NCBI GenBank assembly: GCA_049968255.1
Contig: JBMFRB010000006.1
Span: 107,572-171,571 of the forward strand
Direction: 5' to 3'
DNA length: 64,000 bases
DNA from: Candidatus Sumerlaeaceae bacterium
GTDB taxonomy: Bacteria; Sumerlaeota; Sumerlaeia; Sumerlaeales; Sumerlaeaceae
In this document: in pieces, positions 40,214 through 49,722 of the stretch
Layout: each line of letters starts with the position of its first letter
How positions within the stretch are numbered: position 1 is the first letter of the stretch
Made by a program: the position numbers and the translations under genes
The notes under the pieces: model-generated
The model's input: the letters and a program-made list of their open reading frames with translations, nothing else
Database searches by the model: none
What the model was told of the DNA's origin: nothing

Positions 40214-40552
40214 ATGAAACTGCAGGAATTTTGTGTCAATCATCCAACGAAAAAAGCGGTTCAGCACTGCAAGCAGTGCGGCCAACCGCTGTGCTCTGAT
40301 TGCCGGCTTCTCCTGGCTGAAGGGACCTTTTGCAGTGACGGGTGCCATCGAGAATTTCTTGAGCTCCGGCAAAACATTCTCGACACAAGAGGACCGCGCC
40401 GCCACTTCTCGTTTATCGCGCTCCTCAAGCATCTTTTTCTTGCAGCAATTCTCATCGCTTTTATTGCTGGTGTCCTTTACTGGTGGTTAGGCACACTAGA
40501 TCCGGCCGAAATGTGGCGCAAACTTTATAACGATTTCCGACTCATGTTTTGA
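40214..40552 (+). CDS. membrane-anchored Cys/His-rich zinc-finger protein
   Basis: N-terminus C.NH.......HC..CG..LC..C.......FCS..CH, then one TM helix (FIALLKHLFLAAILIAFIAGVLYWW). Confidence 0.5.
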   Translation: MKLQEFCVNHPTKKAVQHCKQCGQPLCSDCRLLLAEGTFCSDGCHREFLELRQNILDTRGPRRHFSFIALLKHLFLAAILIAFIAGVLYWWLGTLDPAEMWRKLYNDFRLMF

Positions 40553-40650
40553 AGTTTGTGAGTGGCGCACTCGAGAGGCGACACGACGGGTGACACCAGC
40601 CACAGCGGAAGAGCGCAACCTAGATGATCAACATGCTCCTTTTTCTTCCG

Positions 40651-42582
40651 TTACTGTTTCACACGGTAAAGACGAGCGGTGGTTTGTGGCGTCGAAAGGT
40701 TAACCGGTTCCAGGACAGTGGACCAAGCTGGCCACTGGGCCAGCTTCCTGGGCGAGACGATGACGTGTGTCACTCCCCTATCCGAAAGGAAAAGTCTCAC
40801 GTCCTGCCCATCGGATACTCCGAGATTAGTCAGATGCCTGAAAAAATCTAAATCGTCGTCGACCCAAATGTATTTTCTATTCAGATAAAAGGGATAAGCA
40901 CTGTCAGGAAATAACACGGTTGCGTGGGAAGGTAGTAATTGATTCGCTGCATCGTAAAGCCAGATATTCTCGAGCTGATAGGGCTTGGTGCTTAGATAAA
41001 CAAGCCGTTCTTTGTGGCGCAGGATTGGCCGGTAAGGCCAATTGATTGTTTTGTAGTGCCCCCACTCGATTTGGCGTGCGGCGTAAATATACGATAACAG
41101 CATGATGCCCGCTAGCAGGGCAAATCGCTTCAGCGCAGGCGTCGCAAGCGAACTTTCTTCGAAATGGGCCACTCGCGCTGCGACGAAGACAAACGCTGCA
41201 GGAAAGCAGACAGAAAAGTACTTTATTGTTTCGCAGAAGCCCCTGCTCCAGAAAAACACAACCCACTGCAGGACGGCTATAACACCGATCGCACGCCAAA
41301 GTTTGTGGCGCGAGACAATCAAGCCCAGCCCAAGTGATGCGTGGAAGAGAACACCCGGCGACCTCGCCACCATGGCATAGGTCAATTTGTTGGGAATGTT
41401 GCGACACACCTCTGCAAAACCTTGGAGGGAGAGAGGGTACATCGTGTTGATTGCGAGGTTACGTCGCGTCAGAGCGAATTCAGGTTTGAGCGGCAAGAGG
41501 TCACGAAAAAGGGGGAAAAACGGATTGCCCGCACCGTAGAAAATACTGCGAACGCTCCAGACCAATAGTGGGATCGCAGCGATGCAGAGGAAGAGGAGAA
41601 AGTCTATGGCACCTTGCCAAACTTTTGCACCTGACCGATGCTCCGCCGGCACTGAGCGCATGGGCATACCAAGAGTGTTGACCACCAGCACAGCCGCGAC
41701 GGGCAAAAGCACATAACCAAGCACTGTTAGCTTCGTCACAACGCCCCAACCGAGGAGCCATGCGGCTGCGTTGCGTTGAGCCCGATGACGCGGGTGGTCG
41801 TCGTCGTAGCGAAGCGTGTCGAGTGCTGCGAGGACGCCAAGAGTGGCAAACATGGCCGCCATGAGATCAGAACCCGTGTTGATGGGCACAAACCAAACAT
41901 AGGTGGCATAAGCGGTGGCGCAGAGAAACCAGCCCCACAGTGCAGCCCGCCAGCCAAACCAGTCACGTGCGTAAGCTGCCACACCCGTAAAGGTGAGAAG
42001 GCCAAAAACCGCGTAGAGGATGGAACAGTCAATTTCATCCCCAATGGACAAGGCATAAGCGTAAAGCAGGGAACCATGCAGATTGTATCCCGACGGATAG
42101 ACAGTTGGCCAGGCGTAGGGGGCGTGCCAATGCAGCCAAGCACGTGCGCATGATAGGTGATACCACAGTGAATCCTGCGAGGCATCGGGCGCCAATGCGC
42201 CGATCGTGACGTTGGCCAGGCATAAGGCGGACACCGTGATGATCAACCAGTGGTGGGAACTGAGTTGCCGCATGCTAAAGCCTAGTGGCAAGGAGGCGAA
42301 ACGAAAAGAAAGTCGAGCACGCCACGCTACTGCGACAAAAGCGGCGGTAGCCATGAAGAGAACTACTTGCAAAACCGTCGGCGAAAGGGCGCGCGTGAGG
42401 CCCAGCAAGAGGGCAACCAAACCGAGCATGCCGAAACCATGGGCAATGGTCTGTACGACGGCGATGGAACGCGGCAGGAGCGACGCGCTGCTTCGCGTAC
42501 AGAGCCAACCAACTCCAAAGGCTCCCGTGAGTATGACGATTGCTCTGCCTGCGTAAGCGAGCAGCAGTAAGAATGTTTCCAT
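40651..42582 (-). CDS. polytopic membrane protein, putative GT-C fold glycosyltransferase
   Basis: 643 aa, at least 12 TM helices, periplasmic-loop rich. Architecture resembles ArnT/PMT_2. Confidence 0.4.
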   Translation of the reverse strand: METFLLLLAYAGRAIVILTGAFGVGWLCTRSSASLLPRSIAVVQTIAHGFGMLGLVALLLGLTRALSPTVLQVVLFMATAAFVAVAWRARLSFRFASLPLGFSMRQLSSHHWLIITVSALCLANVTIGALAPDASQDSLWYHLSCARAWLHWHAPYAWPTVYPSGYNLHGSLLYAYALSIGDEIDCSILYAVFGLLTFTGVAAYARDWFGWRAALWGWFLCATAYATYVWFVPINTGSDLMAAMFATLGVLAALDTLRYDDDHPRHRAQRNAAAWLLGWGVVTKLTVLGYVLLPVAAVLVVNTLGMPMRSVPAEHRSGAKVWQGAIDFLLFLCIAAIPLLVWSVRSIFYGAGNPFFPLFRDLLPLKPEFALTRRNLAINTMYPLSLQGFAEVCRNIPNKLTYAMVARSPGVLFHASLGLGLIVSRHKLWRAIGVIAVLQWVVFFWSRGFCETIKYFSVCFPAAFVFVAARVAHFEESSLATPALKRFALLAGIMLLSYIYAARQIEWGHYKTINWPYRPILRHKERLVYLSTKPYQLENIWLYDAANQLLPSHATVLFPDSAYPFYLNRKYIWVDDDLDFFRHLTNLGVSDGQDVRLFLSDRGVTHVIVSPRKLAQWPAWSTVLEPVNLSTPQTTARLYRVKQ

Positions 42583-42640
42583 CGTATCTTTTCCGCTTGC
42601 TGCACCGCAGCAAAATGCTGTGGCAGTTCAGCAACTGCGC

Positions 42641-44521
42641 TCAGAAGAGATCCGGAATTTTTGTCATGTCGACTTCGACTTCGTCGGGCCGGGGTGGCAC
42701 AGGTCGCGCTTTGATAAAGGGGCCGGTGACCATTTCCTTGTAGCTTGCTCCTGGTCCTACCATAGGAAAGACGCTTGCGTCGGGATCAATGACGACTTCG
42801 AGCAGCGCTGGCCCATCGTACTCGACAAATTCTTTCAGCATTTTGGGGACATTGTTTTTCTCGGTCACGCGTTTCGCAAACTCGAAGCCATCTGCCCGTG
42901 CCGCTTCGATGAAATCCTTCTTTCGAAGCGATTTGTCGCTGGCCATGAAACGCTTGCCAAAATACAAGCGCTGCCACTGACGGACCATGCCGTCGCCGTA
43001 GTTATTGAGGAGCAGGACTTTGACAGGCAGATTATAAGTGGTGACTGTCTCGAGTTCGCCGAGGTTCATCCGAAGGCTGCCGTCGCCATCAACGTCTATC
43101 ACGAGTTTGCTGGGATTGGCGAATTGGGCGCCTATCGCGGCAGGCAGACCAAAGCCCATCGTGCCCATGCTGCCGGACGTCAGCCATGTGCGAGGAGTGT
43201 GGAAATCGAGATACTGGGCGCCCCACATCTGGTGCTGGCCGACGCCAGTTGTAATGATCGCATTGCCCTGAATGATCTCGTTGAGCACTTCCATGACGTA
43301 CTGGGGCTGGATGAGCGGCGAAGTGCGATCATAGTTCAATGCATACTCGCGCTTGAGCATCGCAATGTGCTCATGCCATTTGCGTAAGTCTTTTTGGAAG
43401 TGTCGGCCGTACTCGACCAAATCCGCGAGCGCTCGCTTTAGCGGCCCGACGTGGCTCCACGTCACCGCTTTCACTTTGCCAATTTCCGCGGGATCTATGT
43501 CGAGGTGAGCTATGTCGCGAGCATTTGGTGCGAACTCGGCTACCTTACCGGCAACACGATCATCGAAGCGCGCCCCGACCGCGATGAGAAAATCGCAATC
43601 CTCTACGGCATAATTGGCGTAAGCGGTGCCGTGCATGCCGAGCATCTTGAGCGAGAGTTGAGCCCGCGTGTCTACGGCGCCGATTCCCATGAGAGTTGTC
43701 GTCACAGGGATGCCGAAACGCTCGCTGAATCGACGGAGTTCAGCGGCTGCCGCGCCATTGATGACGCCTCCCCCTGCGTAAATGAGTGGCCGTTCAGAGC
43801 GCGCTAACATTTTAAAAAATTCTTTTGCCTGCTCTTTTGTGATACGCGCTTCTTCTAAGGCAGCCATCCGTTCGCGGTATCCGCGCAGCTCGAGCACTCC
43901 CTCGGCTTTGAAAACCCCGCTCCAGTTTTGGACATCCTTCGGCACATCGATCACCACGGGCCCTGGGCGGCCGGAGCGAGCGATTTCAAACGCCGTGCGC
44001 ACCGTTGCTTCAAGTTCTTCTGGATCCTTGACGAGAAAGACATGTTTTGCACAGGCGCTCATGATGTTGAAAACTGGTGCTTCCTGGAACGCATCTGTGC
44101 CGATGGCACTACGGGGCACTTGGCCGCTGATCATGACGACCGGCACGGAGTCGGCCATGCAGTCGCGGATGGGAGTCACCGTATTTGTGGCACCCGGCCC
44201 CGAGGTGACAATGAACACCCCAACTTTACCGCTTGACCGCGCGTAGCCAGCGGCCATGAACCCCGCGCCTTGCTCGTTTGCGGGAACGATGAATTGAATC
44301 GCGTCCCTACCGCCTTTCGCATGTTCTGCGTTGTAGCGAAAAATGGCATCGTAAGTGGGAAGGATAGCACCGCCACTATAACCGAAAACTGTGTCCACGC
44401 CTTCATCAGCGAGAATTTGGGCGATCATTTCAGCGCCCGTCATCGTTTTGCCAGCAAGAGGATGCTTCTTAGCTCGGGGCTTTGTCGTCATTGTCGCAAA
44501 CTCATTCGTTGTGAGAATCAA
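42641..44521 (-). CDS. ilvB: thiamine-pyrophosphate enzyme, acetolactate synthase large-subunit family
   Basis: FGYSGGAILPTYDAI and SGPGATNTVTPIRDCMADSVPVVMISGQV match ALS catalytic-subunit motifs. No ilvN adjacent. Confidence 0.8.
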   Translation of the reverse strand: MILTTNEFATMTTKPRAKKHPLAGKTMTGAEMIAQILADEGVDTVFGYSGGAILPTYDAIFRYNAEHAKGGRDAIQFIVPANEQGAGFMAAGYARSSGKVGVFIVTSGPGATNTVTPIRDCMADSVPVVMISGQVPRSAIGTDAFQEAPVFNIMSACAKHVFLVKDPEELEATVRTAFEIARSGRPGPVVIDVPKDVQNWSGVFKAEGVLELRGYRERMAALEEARITKEQAKEFFKMLARSERPLIYAGGGVINGAAAAELRRFSERFGIPVTTTLMGIGAVDTRAQLSLKMLGMHGTAYANYAVEDCDFLIAVGARFDDRVAGKVAEFAPNARDIAHLDIDPAEIGKVKAVTWSHVGPLKRALADLVEYGRHFQKDLRKWHEHIAMLKREYALNYDRTSPLIQPQYVMEVLNEIIQGNAIITTGVGQHQMWGAQYLDFHTPRTWLTSGSMGTMGFGLPAAIGAQFANPSKLVIDVDGDGSLRMNLGELETVTTYNLPVKVLLLNNYGDGMVRQWQRLYFGKRFMASDKSLRKKDFIEAARADGFEFAKRVTEKNNVPKMLKEFVEYDGPALLEVVIDPDASVFPMVGPGASYKEMVTGPFIKARPVPPRPDEVEVDMTKIPDLF

Positions 44522-44667
44522 CTTTTCGGGCTTCTGCCCTCTAGCTGCATTCTGTTGGATGGATTAGTTCGGAGCGAACACAAGACTTCAACTTGAAATT
44601 CTGGCGCTCGAGACATGAAGCTACAAAAGCTGCGGGCAAGCATGCACAGCAAAGGAGGGTGCAAACT

Positions 44668-44934
44668 ATGTTGCGCGTTGAGAAACTTCTTGTGGTGGCG
44701 ATTGTCGTAGCGTTAGCGGATTTTGCGGTTCGGATCGCGGGCATCGGCGCCATGCGGCATTTCCCTCAAGATCTGGAAATTGTTTCCCATGCACAAGCGC
44801 AGGCGCCGATTATTGGGGTTTCGCTTCTGCCGCGGTATGTGATCACCACGAACCAGAATGGCAATCTGATCTACGTTTGGGAGGATCAGGGCAAGGGCTA
44901 CGAAGCCAAGACTTATTATGCCTCGCCACGTTGA
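44668..44934 (+). CDS. small membrane-anchored or secreted hypothetical protein
   Basis: Start at ATG 44668 after an AAAGGAGGG RBS. N-terminal hydrophobic segment LLVVAIVVALADFAV. Confidence 0.45.
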   Translation: MLRVEKLLVVAIVVALADFAVRIAGIGAMRHFPQDLEIVSHAQAQAPIIGVSLLPRYVITTNQNGNLIYVWEDQGKGYEAKTYYASPR

Positions 44935-44960
44935 GGGCCGAAAATGGGGCAAGGCCCACG

Positions 44961-45752
44961 TCACTGAAAGGAAAGGCGCTGGACGGCGGTGCGGGCAACA
45001 CGCCAGAGGAAGATGACGTTGCCAAAGAGGTAGCGGCGCCAGAGGCGGCGTGGCTCGAGCAGGAGTCGGAAAAACCATTCGAGTCCTGCTTTGCGCATCC
45101 ACAGCGGTGCACGCCAGCGATAGCCGGAATAGTACTCGAAAAGGGCGCCGACGCACCAGATTGTTCGCGCCCCCAATTGGTGGCGGTGTTGCCATGCCCA
45201 ACGTTCTTGGCGAGGCACCCCCATTCCTACGATGAGGATATCGGGTGCGGCATTGCGTACATCGGCAATCACTTGCGCGTCTTCGGCGTCAGAGAAAAAG
45301 CCATGGTGGGTCCCGCAGATGTCGAGCTCGGGCACTTGCGTCTTTAATCGGCCTGCGGCGCCCGCTGCCACACCGGGCGCCGAACCGAGCAGAAACACAC
45401 GCAATCCATGTCGGGCAGCGCGCTGGCAAAACTGGATGAAGAAGTCCCCGGCATTCACACGTTCAGGGACAGGGTCGCCGATCCAACGCGATGCCCAGAC
45501 CAGAGCCTGGCCGTCGGCGTAAACGAGATCGGCGTCGCAAAGAATTTGCCGATAGTCGGCCCATTGCTGCGACAAGTTTGAGCAGTAGGCATTAAGATAC
45601 GTCACAAAAAAGGGGGGAAGGGTGGGGTGCTGGCGTCGTTTAGAGGTCTCGGAGACTACAAGCTCGACGAACTCTTCCGTGGTGATGGCGCAGAGGGGGA
45701 CGCCAAGAAAATTGGCCCGACGGAACGTTTTGTGGTTAGCGATTTTCTGCAT
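44961..45752 (-). CDS. WecB/TagA/CpsF family glycosyltransferase (GT26)
   Basis: GVPLCAITTEEFVELV...TYLNAYC...ADLVYADGQALVWASRW matches the WecG/TagA family. Start taken at the internal MQKIANHK. Overlaps the lptB 3' end. Confidence 0.75.
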   Translation of the reverse strand: MQKIANHKTFRRANFLGVPLCAITTEEFVELVVSETSKRRQHPTLPPFFVTYLNAYCSNLSQQWADYRQILCDADLVYADGQALVWASRWIGDPVPERVNAGDFFIQFCQRAARHGLRVFLLGSAPGVAAGAAGRLKTQVPELDICGTHHGFFSDAEDAQVIADVRNAAPDILIVGMGVPRQERWAWQHRHQLGARTIWCVGALFEYYSGYRWRAPLWMRKAGLEWFFRLLLEPRRLWRRYLFGNVIFLWRVARTAVQRLSFQ

Positions 45753-46590
45753 GGGAAGCTGGCTCGCGTGGCGATTCACCTTCCAGTGGCGAAAGTTGGG
45801 CTTTCTTTGTGAGCTCGCGTTTGCGTGCTTCAACGTGTGATGTGTCTATGTAGAATCGCTCGCCCAAATAGTATTTTCGTGCTTCGGGGCTGTTGACAAG
45901 CTCTTCGGCATTTCCGGAGAGCATGACGCGACCTTCGAAGATGATGTAGGAGCGATCTGTCACGCTCAGAGTTTCACGCACATTGTGATCGGTGATGAGG
46001 ATCCCGAGGCCGCGCGCCTGCATGTGGAAAATGATGTCCTGCAATTCCTCCACAGCTTTGGGATCGACGCCGGAAAAGGGTTCATCGAGAAGGATGAAGT
46101 CGGGTTCGTGCACGAGAGCGCGGGCAATTTCCACGCGACGACGCTCGCCACCTGAGAGTGTGTAGGCACGACTCTTTGCTAGGTGAGCAATGCCTAGCTC
46201 TTCAAGGAGCAGTTGCAGGCGCTCGCGCTGCTGGGCACGACTGAGGGTAGTGGTTTCGAGAATTGCAGCGATGTTTTCTTCAACAGTGAGCTTGCGGAAA
46301 ATGGACATGTCCTGGGCCAGGTAGCCAATGCCAAGGCGCGCCCGCCGATGCATAGGTAGTTCTGTGATATCTAGATCCCCGAGGTAGATGCGGCCTGAAG
46401 TGGGACGGAGAAAGCCCACAATCATGTTGAACGTTGTGGATTTGCCTGCACCGTTGGCGCCAAGCAGCCCCACGATTTCACCTTTGCGCAGTTCGATGGA
46501 AACGCCATCAACAACGCGGCGTCCACTGAATTCCTTCACAAGTTCTTTCGTCCGAAGATGAGGCAATTCTGGCCTTCCTTCCTCAGCCAA
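45736..46590 (-). CDS. lptB: LPS export ABC transporter ATP-binding protein LptB
   Basis: Near-colinear with E. coli LptB (VSIELRKGEIVGLLGANGAGKSTTF, LSGGERRRVEIARAL, ITDHNVRETL). Has a roughly 25-aa C-terminal extension. Confidence 0.88.
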   Translation of the reverse strand: MAEEGRPELPHLRTKELVKEFSGRRVVDGVSIELRKGEIVGLLGANGAGKSTTFNMIVGFLRPTSGRIYLGDLDITELPMHRRARLGIGYLAQDMSIFRKLTVEENIAAILETTTLSRAQQRERLQLLLEELGIAHLAKSRAYTLSGGERRRVEIARALVHEPDFILLDEPFSGVDPKAVEELQDIIFHMQARGLGILITDHNVRETLSVTDRSYIIFEGRVMLSGNAEELVNSPEARKYYLGERFYIDTSHVEARKRELTKKAQLSPLEGESPREPASHAENR

Positions 46591-46679
46591 GCTTCAGCCA
46601 CTTTAAGTGGGCACACACTGACCAACTCGAATTCCATTGTTGATTCAGACCTTCTGTCCATGGAAAACGAACGCACTCG

Positions 46680-47213
46680 ATGGGCAGCATATTCACACCA
46701 TACCGTAAACGCATCTCCGCGATCCGCTGGGTGGTGTCCACTGTTGTCGTGTTTGCGCTGGTGTGGATTTGGGCACTTTTCCTGCGCGGCGATTTGAGAA
46801 GTTTCAAGTTAATCTCGGCGAGCATGGAGCCAACACTGTGGGTAGGCGACTACGTGCTGACGCGGCCAGCAGAATCTGTCGACAAGCTGCGGGGAAGTGT
46901 CATTGCGTTCGAAGACCCGACTCAGCGCGGAGAAATCGTGACGAAGCGAGTCGTGGGGTTACCAGGCGATCGGGTCACTGTGGTTGGCCCGAGCGTGATT
47001 GTGAATCACTCAGTTATCCCCATGCCATGGAAGCGCGTACGCGCAGCAGGGATCACGAGCTTGGTGGTTCCGCGGGACCACGTGTTCGTTCTAGGTGACA
47101 ACCGTGCGAACAGTGTGGACAGCCTCGACTATGGACCGGTGCCGGCCGATCGCATCGTCGGAGTCGTTTTCTTCCGCTATTGGCCCTGGACCAGAATTGG
47201 CCGCGTCAAATGA
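46680..47213 (+). CDS. lepB: signal peptidase I
   Basis: S26 motifs SASMEPTL (Ser), KRVVGLPGD (Lys) and VFVLGDNRANSVDS. Confidence 0.85.
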   Translation: MGSIFTPYRKRISAIRWVVSTVVVFALVWIWALFLRGDLRSFKLISASMEPTLWVGDYVLTRPAESVDKLRGSVIAFEDPTQRGEIVTKRVVGLPGDRVTVVGPSVIVNHSVIPMPWKRVRAAGITSLVVPRDHVFVLGDNRANSVDSLDYGPVPADRIVGVVFFRYWPWTRIGRVK

Positions 47214-47449
47214 CGTTCCTCTGGTCGTGAGGTGCGCACGGGTCTCCGTCCTATCAGTCCCAAACGCGACGCCATGAGCTGCCCGTACAAATGAGGCGCT
47301 GCCAGGTTGATATGCTCATCGAGCGAAGCCCTCGAGGGGCGGCGCAAAGTCTGAAGCTCGGCCCCGCAACGCGTAGCGAGGTGTTTTTTCGCTGTGGGTC
47401 AAACGATCCGATCTCACGCCATAGGCATAATCGCATGAAAAGGAGGCCA

Positions 47450-48457
47450 TTAGAGACCGGCACTGACAAGATCGTGGAGGTGGATCATGCCGATAGGGCG
47501 ATAGTCGCTGTCGAGTACAGGGAGGACGAAGATCTTTCGTGGGCCGTCTTCCATCATGTTGAGTGCCTGAGCAGCCAGTGTGTCCGCAAAAACGTACATT
47601 GGGCTGCGAGTCATGAGCGATTCAACCCTGCGGTCGAGCACCTCGGCCACGGTGGGGGTGCCCTGTTGGGCCTCGCGTTGGAAAATACGGCGGAGATCGC
47701 CGTCGGTGATGATGCCGACAAGTCGGCCGTCGTCGTCCACGACACTGACGGCGCCACACTGTTTTGACGTGATTTCGGCCATAGCCTGTTCAAAGCGCGC
47801 GCGATAATGGATGACGGGGTTGCGGTCGGGTTTCATCACATCGGTCACTTTGAGCAGGAGGCGCTTGCCGAGGGTGCCGCTGGGATGACGCAGGGCAAAG
47901 TCCTCGGCATGGAAACCGCGCCGTTCGAGGAGGACGACCGCAAGAGCATCGCCCATGGCCATGGCAACGGTCGTGCTTGTCGTGGGTGCGAGATTGAGGG
48001 GGCAGACCTCGCGTTCGACCCCGATATCGAGGACCAGATCTGCGTGGCGCGCAAGCTCGCTTTGAAGGTTGCCCGTCATCGCAATAAGGAAATTGTGGTT
48101 GCGCTTAAAGTAGGGAAGACAGCCGAGAATTTCTTCCGTATTGCCGCTGTTACTCACGGCGATGACAAGGTCATCAGGACTAATCATGCCGAGATCGCCA
48201 TGGCGGCCTTCCGCAGGATGCATGAAGAAGGCCGGTGTGCCAGTACTGGCAAGCGTGGCTGCAATTTTCCGGGCAACGATGCCGTGCTTGCCCATGCCAG
48301 TGAGCACAACTCGGCCACTGCAGGCCAGAATTTGCTCGACCGCTCTATCGAAACGGTCGTCAAGGCGATCGGCCACTACGTGTAAAGCTCGCGCTTCCTC
48401 GCACAGGACTGCTTTAGCGCGCAGGTGCGGCTTCATCAGATCTTTCTCGTGATTCAT
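47450..48457 (-). CDS. kdsD: KpsF/GutQ family arabinose-5-phosphate isomerase
   Basis: SIS domain (VVLTGMGKHGIVARKIAATLASTGTPAFF) plus a C-terminal CBS pair. Confidence 0.85.
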   Translation of the reverse strand: MNHEKDLMKPHLRAKAVLCEEARALHVVADRLDDRFDRAVEQILACSGRVVLTGMGKHGIVARKIAATLASTGTPAFFMHPAEGRHGDLGMISPDDLVIAVSNSGNTEEILGCLPYFKRNHNFLIAMTGNLQSELARHADLVLDIGVEREVCPLNLAPTTSTTVAMAMGDALAVVLLERRGFHAEDFALRHPSGTLGKRLLLKVTDVMKPDRNPVIHYRARFEQAMAEITSKQCGAVSVVDDDGRLVGIITDGDLRRIFQREAQQGTPTVAEVLDRRVESLMTRSPMYVFADTLAAQALNMMEDGPRKIFVLPVLDSDYRPIGMIHLHDLVSAGL

Positions 48458-48770
48458 AGCTCCTCAGCTCGTTCGCAAAAGACTGGGTCGTCAAGTGCAA
48501 GTGATGATCGGAGAAATCGGTCCACGTCGAGAACATCTTTGTTTCGGCCGAACCTTGATGTGTAATTCAGTTCACTTCAAATGTGTAAGCGCTTACCCAT
48601 TGCACAGGATTGGCAACCGCGAGCAAGGTTGGCACTTCCCTCGTGGAGTGCAGCTCAACCTATGAAATTATAGAACTTACTTCTTCCATTGCGACACGTG
48701 ATTGCCTTGGCATGCAGTTCGCTTCACCAGTGGCGAGTAGCTTGAAATCAAATTGAAAGGAGTCAGAACA

Positions 48771-49157
48771 ATGAAGTACTCAGCCCGCAAGGGTTTCACC
48801 CTCGTGGAAATCATGATCGTTGTCGCCATTATCGGGATCATCATTGCAATCGCGGTCCCTGCGTTCCTGCGCGCTCGTGAGAATTCGCGCGGTCAAGCCT
48901 GCCAGGAAAACCTGTCGAAGATTGACGGCGCAAAAGAGCAGTATGCTCTGGAGTTCCGTCTGTCCAACGGCGGGACGGTCACAATGGCGGAATTGATTGA
49001 TCCGCCTGGAGCGACGGCTGGAAATAAAGAAGGATATTTGAAGGCAGAGCCCAAGTGCCCCTCTGGCGGTACCTATACGGTAAACCCGATTGGGACGAAC
49101 CCGACGTGCTCCATCGGCTCGAGCAACGCGCCGTTCACTCCGCACGTTCTGCCGTAA
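48771..49157 (+). CDS. short prepilin-type N-terminal cleavage/methylation domain protein (pilin-like), paralog A
   Basis: GFTLVEIMIVVAIIGIIIAIAVPAF class III signal, with Cys at both ends (CQENL... / CPSGG...CSIGSS). Start at ATG 48771 after an AGGAG RBS. Confidence 0.7.
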   Translation: MKYSARKGFTLVEIMIVVAIIGIIIAIAVPAFLRARENSRGQACQENLSKIDGAKEQYALEFRLSNGGTVTMAELIDPPGATAGNKEGYLKAEPKCPSGGTYTVNPIGTNPTCSIGSSNAPFTPHVLP

Positions 49158-49217
49158 GGTGAGAGGAAGGCTAGCACAAAAAGGCACTTAGAGTTCACCG
49201 AGGGGGTGGATCTTTGT

Positions 49218-49260
49218 GGCGGTAGAGGGGCGGATGTTCCTCTACCGCCAGTGTTTTACT
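49218..49260 (+). terminator. rho-independent terminator between pilin paralogs
   Basis: Perfect 11-bp inverted repeat GGCGGTAGAGG(49218-49228)/CCTCTACCGCC(49239-49249) with a 10-nt loop, then AGTGTTTTACT. Confidence 0.55.
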
Positions 49261-49279
49261 AGCGAAGGGTCGGAACGCC

Positions 49280-49678
49280 ATGCTCTTAGGGACAAAACAA
49301 TGGTCACGCGGCTTGACCCTCATCGAGGTTGTGATTGTGCTGGCGATTATTGCCATTATTGTTGCGATTGCGGCGCCTACGTGGCTTCGCCAGCGCGAAA
49401 ATGCCCGTGGGATTGCCTGTCAGGAGAATCTGGTAAAGATCTCCCAAGCCAAAGAGCAATATGCTATGGAGTTTCGGCTTTCAAACGGAGGTACGCTCGT
49501 GTATCCAGACGACCTCGTTTCGCCACCTGGAACAACCGGTTCTAACCAAGGTTTTCTCAAAGTAGTTCCGCGCTGCCCAGCCGACGGTATCTACGCGGCT
49601 AATCCTATTGGGGTGGACCCCACCTGCTCGATTGGCAGCTCCGTCGCTCCCTATGTGCCCCATATCATTCCCCACTAA
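49280..49678 (+). CDS. short prepilin-type N-terminal cleavage/methylation domain protein (pilin-like), paralog B
   Basis: GLTLIEVVIVLAIIAIIVAIAAPTW. Shares CQENL.KI..AKEQYA.EFRLSNGGT and NPIG..PTCSIGSS.AP..PH..P with paralog A. Confidence 0.7.
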   Translation: MLLGTKQWSRGLTLIEVVIVLAIIAIIVAIAAPTWLRQRENARGIACQENLVKISQAKEQYAMEFRLSNGGTLVYPDDLVSPPGTTGSNQGFLKVVPRCPADGIYAANPIGVDPTCSIGSSVAPYVPHIIPH

Positions 49679-49694
49679 GAGGCCTGAAAAATCC

Positions 49695-49722
49695 GAGCTC
49701 TCCTGGAAAAGAGCTTTTCTGC
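49695..49722 (+). terminator. possible weak terminator after pilin paralog B
   Basis: GAGCTCT...AGAGCTT imperfect stem of 6-7 bp, followed by TTTTCT. Confidence 0.3.

Noticed and set aside
48600-48640. Sigma-54-like TGGCA...GCA motif upstream of pilin paralog A
   Set aside because: The GG/GC spacing is one nucleotide short of the -24/-12 consensus and the TTGC element is absent.
49216-49545. 109-aa plus-strand ORF starting inside the inter-pilin terminator
   Set aside because: Out of frame with and overlapping pilin paralog B. Begins within the hairpin and has no RBS.
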